NCBI GenBank assembly: GCA_951406725.2
Contig: OX597818.1
Span: forward strand, 60,326,001-60,390,000
Direction of reading: 5' to 3'
Length of the DNA: 64,000 nucleotides
Source of the DNA: Octopus vulgaris
Taxonomy: Eukaryota
Shown piece by piece: positions 55,656 to 64,000 of this stretch. A program made the position numbers and the translations under genes. A model generated the notes under the pieces. That model saw nothing but the letters and a program-made list of their open reading frames with translations, did not search any database and had not been told where the DNA came from. Numbering within the stretch: position 1 is the first letter of the stretch; every line of letters begins with the position of its first letter.

Positions 55656-56038
55656 GGAGGCGCAATGGCCCAGTGGTTAGGGCAGCGGACTCGCGGTCGT
55701 AGGATCGCGGTTTCGATTCCCAGACCGGGCGTTGTGAGTGTTTATTGAGCGAAAACACCTAAAAGCTCCACGAGGCTCCGGCAGGGGATGGTGGTGATCC
55801 CTGCTGTACTCTTTTACCACAACTTTCTCTCACTATTACTTCCTGTTTCTGTTGTACCTGTATTTCAAAGGGCCGGCCTTGTCACTCTCTGTGTCAAGCT
55901 GAATATCCCCGAGAACTACGTTAAGGGTACACGTGTCTGTGGAGTGCTCAGCCACTTACACGTTAAATTCACGAGCAAGCTGTTCCGTTGATCGGATCAA
56001 CCGGAACCCTCGTCGTCGTAACCGACGGAGTGCTTCCA
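55656..56038 (+). mobile_element. tRNA-derived SINE family A, tail type 1, full length
   Basis: A box TGGCCCAGTGG, B-box-like GGTTTCGATTCC; close reverse complement of 53293-53680. Confidence 0.95.
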
Positions 56039-56355
56039 TATGTGTGTGTGTTACCATAGGTTTAAACATCTTATGACTGTTATAGGGGTCTCATACATTA
56101 AAAATTATAAATAGTATTTCAAATAAAACAATGATAAATAGTATTTCAAATTAAGACGAGAGGGTCTCTACACAATCACTCGACGTGCAAGGAATAACAG
56201 CCAAGCATTTTTCAAATAAGAGCGCGAACTGATAGAATCTTTGGCACGTCACACAGAATGCTTAACGGTTCTTCCGATTCTTTGCGTTCTGAGTCCAAAT
56301 CAATCCGAGATCAACCTTGCCTGTGAAACCTTTGGCACCGATAAAAAAAAGTACC

Positions 56356-56590
56356 TATTTCTTTACTACCCACAAGGGGCTAAACACAGAGAAGACAAAC
56401 AAGGACAGACAAACGGATTAAGTCGATTATATCGACCCCAGTGCGTAACTGGTACTTATTTAATCGACCCCGAAAGGATGAAAAGCAAAGTCGACCTCGG
56501 CGGCATTTGAACTCAGAACGTCACGGCAGGTGAAATACCGCTTAGCATTTCGCCCGGCGCGCTAACGTTTCTGCCAGCTCACCGCTACTT
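56356..56590 (-). mobile_element. SINE family C nested in an older + strand family C copy, 12-bp TSD AAAAAAAGTACC
   Basis: TSD at 56344-56355 and 56591-56602; the host copy resumes with AGTCATGTACTGGGGTCG. Confidence 0.88.
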
Positions 56591-56917
56591 AAAAAAAGTA
56601 CCAGTCATGTACTGGGGTCGTTGTAATCAATTTGTCACCCTCCCCTCAAAATCGCTAGCTTCGGACTCCGCAATGGACTGGTGTTGCGTTCAGGGGTGGA
56701 TGTTGTGATCTTGGTCACGTATGGAAGCAGAGAAACCGGACTTATTAATCGTAGGGCTCATAAATAACGTGAACATTTTTTTCAAATTGTATCGTACAGC
56801 TCTTAAGATGAAGGACACACTGGATATTTACCTAAAAACTACAGGATGGTCATAGCTAGATAATATAGTTTGTATTTTTCACTTTATCGTAATTTTCATA
56901 TTAATAGGAAACTATAT

Positions 56918-57293
56918 CTCATTTACTCATTTACTTGTTTCAGTCATCTGACTGTGGTCATGCTGGAGCACCGCCTTTAGTCGATCGACCCCAGGACTTA
57001 TTCTTTGTAAGCCTAGTAAGCCTCTTTGTAAGCCTCTTTTGCCAGTGGTCAACATCGGTGGTCAAGCGATGTTGGGGGGGGGGGACAAACGCAGACACAC
57101 AAACATACACATATATATATACATATATACGACGGGCTTCTTTGAGTTTCCGTCTACCAAATCCACTCACAAGGCTTTGGTCGGCCCGAGGCTATAGTAG
57201 AAGACACTTGCCCAAGGTGCCACGCACTGGGACTGAACCCGGAATCATGTGGTTCGTAAGCAAGCTACTTACCACAGAGCCACTCCTCCGCCT
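56918..57293 (-). mobile_element. SINE family B, full length
   Basis: Homology to the other B copies. Confidence 0.9.
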
Positions 57294-57296
57294 ATA

Positions 57297-57426
57297 TCGA
57301 GTGACAATACGAAACCTAAATAACTGCAGGCAACAACTCACTGTTATTTAATAACATGAATCGTCCTGTCATTTACTATTACTTAACTGTTGCTTGCAAA
57401 ACTCTAGGTTTCGTATGGTCACTCGA
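57297..57426. repeat. Small hairpin/MITE-like element with ~39-bp imperfect inverted ends
   Basis: TCGAGTGACAATACGAAACCTA..TGCAGGCAACA vs TGTTGCTTGCA..TAGGTTTCGTATGGTCACTCGA. Confidence 0.8.
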
Positions 57427-57489
57427 CTGATCCCTTTGGTCCCTTTGCTTGTTCACTGTATTTCGTTCTTTTATTAGGAACATTGTTTA

Positions 57490-57805
57490 GTGTGGCTTAG
57501 TGGTTAGGACATTCGGCTCACGATCATAAAGTCGTGCGTTCGATTACCGGTGGTACGTTGTATCCTTGAGAAAGACACTTTACTTAACATTGCTCCAGCC
57601 CACTCAGCTTGCAAAAATAAGTTGTACCAGTAATTCAAAATTGTCAGCCTTGTCACATTCTGTGTCACGCTGAATCTCCCAGAGAACTACATTAAGGGTA
57701 CACGTGTCTGTGGAGTGCTCAGCCACTTGCACGTTGATTTCTCGAGCAGGCTGTTCTGTTAGTCGGATTAACTGGAACATTCGCTGTCGTGAACGATGGA
57801 GAGCT
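57490..57805 (+). mobile_element. Chimeric SINE: family-D-like tRNA/CORE head with family-A type 1 tail
   Basis: CCTTGAGAAAGACACTTTA...CACTCAGC followed by GCCTTGTCACATTCTGTGTCACGCTGAAT...GGGTACACGTGTCTGTGGAGTG. Confidence 0.75.
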
Positions 57806-58784
57806 AAGGAAATGGTTCGCTGTTTTGAAATTTGTATTTTTAAAAAATCTTTTATTTGTTTGGGGTTCAACTTTTAGTCAGGTAGGAAGACAGAACCCAC
57901 AACCCTTTACAAGGCCTCTGAGACTGACAGGAAGAAGAGGACTGGAAAGTACCCTCAAACTAGACGCTAGGCCCTAATACTTTATTTTATCATAAAGGCA
58001 GCACAAAGATTGGGTAGCTTAGCGGGCTGGATAAACACATTAATGAATGAAAATGAAATAAAACGAATAAATGAGAGACGAAATCCAACACCCACCGATT
58101 GGAATTTTCTTGAAAACATATTTTCTTTTTCTAAAAATCAATACGAGGTTTCAAACCTCTTACACGCTAGGCCCTAATACTTGCAACACAACAGAGTAGA
58201 CTCCGCTAACAGCGACCAAGGCGCCACCTAGTTATTTTAAACTGGGTGGTGGATTGAGCCTACTCTTGTAGGTCATGACAAGGTTTGATCTCAGAACACA
58301 AGATCACAGAAGAAATACAAGTAGACATCGATTCGACTTTCTTACAGTTCCGCCAATCTATAATTCTGGATTGGAAAGCGTTGCATTGATTCCGAAAGGA
58401 TGAAATGCAAAGTTATTCACAGTGAGATTTGAACTCAAAGCGGAAGGGATCGAAACAAGTACTAAGAGGTTATTTTATCCAATCCTGTACCGACTCTGCC
58501 AGTTAACTAGCTGCTGGTCAATTGTGTTCCATCATTCATTCTCTGTATTGTGTTGTTGACATTATTTCATTTTCCCCACCATTGTTCCTTGTATTACATT
58601 GTTTACTGCGCTAAATCATTATATTCCAGCGACAACATTGCTGTCTGGCTCACTATTTATGCAGTCTTAACTCTCTTACATTGTTCACTCTACTTTATTA
58701 TTCGACTCTATGATTTTACTTATATTAAATTCCTTGGCTGCTACTTACAATGCGATGCGTGTGTATGTGTATGCGTATATACAT

Positions 58785-58818
<34 letters not shown>

Positions 58819-59092
58819 TTTCAGGACGCAAATCACTGACTGCATAGCCATTAACCTAGCGCAATCTGATTCTCTAGTAACAAGCTGGATTATATAAAAT
58901 AAAACTAAATTTAAAAAGTGAAATAATACGCACTTCTCCGATATAATGATGTGCCATTAAAAATATTATATATCTATTTATGGTGTTATGGTAAAATTCA
59001 TTAACTGAAAGCAAAGAGGTGTCTAAAGACAAACAAGAGTAAAATTAGAAAATTACTATTTTAAAATCTCACAACAAGAGATATTCAGTAAC

Positions 59093-59377
59093 AGTATTTC
59101 GGAGTAAAGATTGTTTGCCAAGATAACATGGCAGTCCTGGTTTAGGACAAATGTTGCTGGAAATTTAGCCCCAGGAGACATCGTATCCAGCTGGCTATAC
59201 GACACGATCTGTGTCCTTATATTTTCGAACAAGGGAATCTAGTACACCCATTCAGCTCTAAACAATATCTGTGTACCGCGACTCCCGGGTTATTTCCCTT
59301 CATCAGCACAGAATAATTGTTCGGTTAAAGGTGCTGATGAAGGGAAATAACCCGGAAATCGTGATACACAGATATTG
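59093..59377. mobile_element. PLE-like terminal repeat ending in an inverted pair of hammerhead motifs
   Basis: 47-bp inverted arms 59263-59309 and 59331-59377. The left flank is homologous to 20862-20928 (ATAACATGGCAGTCCTGGTTTAGGAC). Confidence 0.75.
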
Positions 59378-60103
59378 CTTTGGCAAATTTCTACTGCATC
59401 ACCTGCTACACCTCCGTGTTCCTGGGGTGTGTGCAGCATTGTGTCTTTTTTTTGGGGGGGGGGGGGGCAAACACTTCCTGATATTGTATTGCGTCGATGT
59501 CTTTTCTGTTTGAGGTGTGGTGCAGTCTTTTGTTGTACTAATGTTTGTATTGTGTGTTGTGAGTGTAATGCATTGGGTATGTAGCTTTCTGGTGGTAGTT
59601 TATTTTATTGGATATTTGCTATATAGAATGTTTATCAAATTTGTGGATTATTTTGTTTAAGTTGTATTATTGAATTGATAGTGTCTTTCGTCAAACAAGT
59701 ATACAATATATGTTATACAAGAACAAGTAGAAGTGTACGTTCACCTTGTGGAGCAAAGTAACGGGGTTCCATGTAGTCTAATGGGATCTTCTTCGAGGTT
59801 TTAAAACTTCAGCTTTTGATAATCTCAGGCAAAACTTCAAGGATTTTTGGATAACAATTTGGTCGGAATATTGCATGACATTTCTTTAAGGTTTAACGCC
59901 TTAATTGTTATATGTCCGCCCATGCCGATTGGGTCGATAAACATTTTCGAGGCGCTCATGACTTTTTTCTTTAACGATATAATTAGACATTAGATATTGA
60001 AAACATTTTACTGGGATGTATGTGATGTTTAAAGCTTTACAGCATATAAAATAAAATAAAGAAAATACTTTAGATAATCTTGTAATCAACATATGTAGAT
60101 TAT

Positions 60104-60187
<84 letters not shown>

Positions 60188-61009
60188 GAGCTTAGAAGCA
60201 AGAGATGTCATTTATTCGTTCGTCCGGCTATCTAGGTGCCATGGGTTTACTGGATACAGGTTGACTTGGGGTTACACAGCGGCAACGACATCAACAACAG
60301 CAACAATAACTGAAATATGTCGGAATTAGTCTCTAACCCAAACCTCCACCGCTCCTTTTTTTTTTTTTTTTTTTCATTTTAAAGCCGTGTTTCATAATGA
60401 GAAATATGAAGATAATATAACTTCGCATTGTTTCGTAAATAGAAATTTGTGAAAAACTAAAAATTTGATTGTCTGATCAGTGAGAATTTATAATGAATAT
60501 GTCTTGCGACAAGTCCCAAAGGAAAAGGAAAATCATATTTATGTGACAAGAAAGCAATTAGTAATAACGATCGATTTTTTTCCTTTCATAAACTCTCTAC
60601 CTTTGAGAGATCTATAAAAATTGGCATGTAATTGAATTGGGAAGTTCCCACATAATAGGTGTCTCTTTCTCAATACCCTTCACTTACAATAAATCACTGG
60701 TCGGCAATTTCTTAATTTCTAAGTCTAGTTTGGAAATACACTTCTTTTATGCAGTTACCAATGATGACATAATGGCACTATAGTGTAGCACTGCACACCA
60801 AATCCACAACGGTATAAATTGCAATCTGTTTAGAGTCGAAGAATTCATGCATACCTCAGAGATTCCTGCTATGTTTCAAATGTGCGTACATGAGTTCAAA
60901 TCCCATTGAAGTCATAGGGCCTTTTACTTGTCACAGCCCCGATCTGGGAAAAAGTTATAAACATAAGTTGGTCAAACTAAAGGGGTTTGACCCATAATTT
61001 AACCCTTAA

Positions 61010-61235
61010 GGCGGTCAGCTGGCAGAACCGTTAGCACGCCGGGCGAAATGCTTAGCGGTATTTCGTCTGCCGTTACGTTCTGAGTTCAAATTCCGCCGAA
61101 GTCGATCTTGCCTTTCCTCCTTTTCCGGGCCGATAAAATAAGTACCAGTTGAGTACTTGGGATCGATGTAATCGACTTATCCCACCCCCCATCACCACCA
61201 CCGAAACGAAGGGCCTTGTGCAAAATTTGAAAGGA
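61010..61235 (+). mobile_element. SINE family C
   Basis: Head and Meta-like block. Confidence 0.85.
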
Positions 61236-61781
61236 ATAAATTGTAAACATTTTAAACTTGAAATTCTATCTCCCCACTTTGGAGAGTTAGAATTAAAATT
61301 GGTAGCTACGATTCTGACGTTGTTAACTCTATAAATAGGGCATGAATGTCACAACTCTGTATGCGCTTCTGTTTTCTAATGTTTTAAAACTATTCGAGAA
61401 TTAAGAGATAAAAAATCTTGGCTGAGAGGAAGAACCAGACAACCTGAGCAGGATAAGTGGTATATTCTCTACCTGGTTTTCTAGTAATATTCATTGCAAA
61501 CACAAAATGGTCGAAGGTAATTAATTCATCTACTTAATGTGCTAGTCCAACAAAATTTAATTAATTATAATTATACTTGTAGTGAGGAGATACAGCTATT
61601 AGATTAGTTTATGATTAACAGTCATTAAAATATTGTTAAGAGAGGGATAGGCATAGCTGTATGGTAAGATTATTGCTTCTAAACCACGTGGTGTTGGGTT
61701 AAATTCCTCTGTACGATATCTTGGGGAAGTGACTTCTACCATACCTTCTACTCGTGAGTAGATTTGGTAGATGGACACTGA

Positions 61782-61909
<128 letters not shown>

Positions 61910-62187
61910 CTTCGAAACGCAGAATAGATGAAACCATGGCGACTGAAGAAGGGGAATTTTCCTTGTGTTATTTGTCCTGTATTCTATTTTTTCGTTGTTT
62001 AAGAAAAATGTCCAGTTCCTTGGTTTTGTGTTTATGTTTTCGATTCTCATTGTGTTCGACGTTTCTTTTTTGGTGTCCTATACCCATATATGCATGTATA
62101 GATACATGTAGAGGTAGGTACGTACATATATGTATGCATATATGCATATGTTTTATTTATTAATTTATATACATATATGTATATATG

Positions 62188-62244
<57 letters not shown>

Positions 62245-62769
62245 TTGAACAGACAGAATACAACAAAGAGAAAAATTTAGACGAAAGCAGAGCAAACAGA
62301 AAAGAAGACGAAAACTTAACGGACAGGGAATATAGACAAAGACACGATACACGGAATATTCATAGTTGAGTTTTCCTCGTCACTCATCGTGGTTTCGCAC
62401 CATTATCATTGAGACCACTCAATCTTGGAGGTGCCAGTGCTGTTATTAAGCTATTGGGGAAAAGCTCGCGAATGTATACAAAGAAAGAAACAAATAAAAA
62501 ATTATATAAGTACAACAGATGAAGAATTATGCAGGTATAACAACGCGAAGTCTTACGGATATATACAACAGAGGAAAGAAATAATAATCATACAAATACT
62601 ACAAATGCAAGAGTAAGAGCTTTGCAGCAATCAAACGAACTAAGTGGAGTAGGGCAGGGAGAAATAGAGTAAGTCCTAGAGGACATAGCAGGAGCATAAA
62701 CCAGCACACTAACACACGCGCGCGCACACCCATACACACATAGATAGATTGATTGATAGCTGCGTGTGT

Positions 62770-62940
62770 GTGTGTGTATGTGCCATTGTGTTTGCGTCCC
62801 CGTAACTTAGCGGTTCGGTAAAATTGACAGGTAGACTAAGTGTGAAGCTTTAAAAAGTACTGAAATCGATTTCTTTGACTAAATTCTTTAAGGCGGTGCA
62901 CAAGCATGGCCGTAGTCCAATGACTGAAACAAGTAAAAGT
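62770..62940 (+). mobile_element. SINE family B, 3' half
   Basis: CCCCGTAACTTAGCGGTTCGG...AATGACTGAAACAAGTAAAAG. Confidence 0.8.
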
Positions 62941-63083
62941 TTAAAGATAAACGATAAAAATGCAGTGTGGAATGAATGTAATCTTTGGTAGTTGGGGTGA
63001 CAACTCAGAACATATTTCGGTCTTATTACAACTCATCAGTGAAGTATAGTCTAACAGAGCACTTCTTAAACATTTTTCATTCA

Positions 63084-63436
63084 TGACCACCATACAGTGA
63101 CCACTAACTTTTTAGGGTGCAATAGTGGGTTTGGGTAGTGTTTAGGGGACTCTCCTGCATCTAATCACTGTCCTGTTCTTTTGCTGTTGTCAAAGAGTAT
63201 CCATTTCTCATCAAAAGTTATGATTTGATGCAAAAATAGTCTTTCTGTAGTCGAGAAAGCAATAAGAGATACACTTCGAGGCGTCTGTTTTTTTTTAAAA
63301 TCTCGTTCACTTGATGTGGAACAAACCGCTCCGTTTTCTTGACTTCTCCAATTTTTTACAGATGTCCAAAACCAGTTGTGTGAGATGTTTGGTGTTCTGA
63401 TGAAAGTTTTCGAATCTTTGTTCTCGGATTTTGTTC
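63084..63436 (-). pseudogene. mariner-family transposase fragment (not in the ORF track)
   Basis: EQNPRTKIRKLS...HL*KIGEVKKTERFVPHQVNE...RRLEV / LHQIITFDEKWILFDNSKRTGQ*LDAGESPKHYPNPLLHPKKLVVTVWWS contains WVPHEL-like and TxDEKW motifs. Confidence 0.9.
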
Positions 63437-63469
<33 letters not shown>

Positions 63470-63968
63470 TGTATGTATGTATGTATGTGTATGTGTGTGT
63501 ATGTGCTTGTCTCCACCACCATCGTTTGCCCAACGCTTAGCAGCATTTCGTCCGTACTTACGTCCTGAATTCAAATTCCACCCAGGTCACCTCTGCCTTT
63601 CATTCTTACGGGGGTCGACAAAATAACTACCGTTTAAGCACAGGACTCGATGTGCGATGGGGCGCTGAAACGTTTCTGGCTTGAAGGGCATCGCCAAAAG
63701 CCTGGCTGGAGGCAAAACCTTCCGAGTACTTTTACAGAGCTTAGAAAAAACAGGACCGCTGCATCTAGTGAGTGCATCTAAATAAAATCATAGCCAACCC
63801 AAACTCCAGTACTTTCTATTAGCTAAAGCTAGGAACTTTTAAGCACCCCTCTTAATTGGCTAGCCCCTCCACCATAATTTCAAACCTTGCGCCTGTAGTA
63901 GAAAGCAGTATTTCTATAGTACCAGGTTGAACCTGTTTGGAATCATGACAGGTACTATTTTCCCTTAA

Positions 63969-64000
63969 AGCGGCGAACTGGCAGAAACGTTAGCACGCCG
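63969..64000 (+). mobile_element. SINE family C head, cut by the window edge
   Basis: GCGGCGAACTGGCAGAAACGTTAGCACGCCG. Confidence 0.8.

Noticed and set aside
55656-55735. tRNA gene
   Set aside because: The A/B-box head continues into a multi-copy SINE body, one copy has a TSD, and the cloverleaf is imperfect.

Overview
AT-rich, gene-poor eukaryotic DNA, probably intergenic or intronic. The repeat landscape resembles a coleoid cephalopod (Octopus-like) genome; this is recognition from memory, not a database hit. No intact host protein-coding gene is supported, and almost all ORF-track entries are translations of microsatellites. Recognisable elements: (1) a 5'-truncated Penelope-like retroelement (PLE) with an open RT(YIDD)-Cys linker-GIY-YIG frame at 15844-17322; (2) a full-length decayed Tc1-type transposon with DD36E spacing (32972-34226); (3) a mariner fragment; (4) old LINE fragments (CR1/Jockey-like, I-clade-like, R4/Dong-like); (5) a Helentron-type HINE, plus hAT- and piggyBac-like MITEs; (6) many copies of about four tRNA-like SINE families. 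The most striking pattern is about a dozen minimal type I hammerhead-ribozyme (HHR) motifs from several unrelated PLE terminal-repeat families. These include a G3:C8 compensatory core variant with perfect helices, a head-to-head inverted pair, and a shared A6U variant. Other observations are a PLE endonuclease split by a twin-priming-type inversion, a SINE that appears to prime on GGTA/TACC and so multimerises into itself, several long inverted repeats that could form dsRNA, and old paralogous unique modules about 12 kb apart. Coordinates of decayed elements are approximate.
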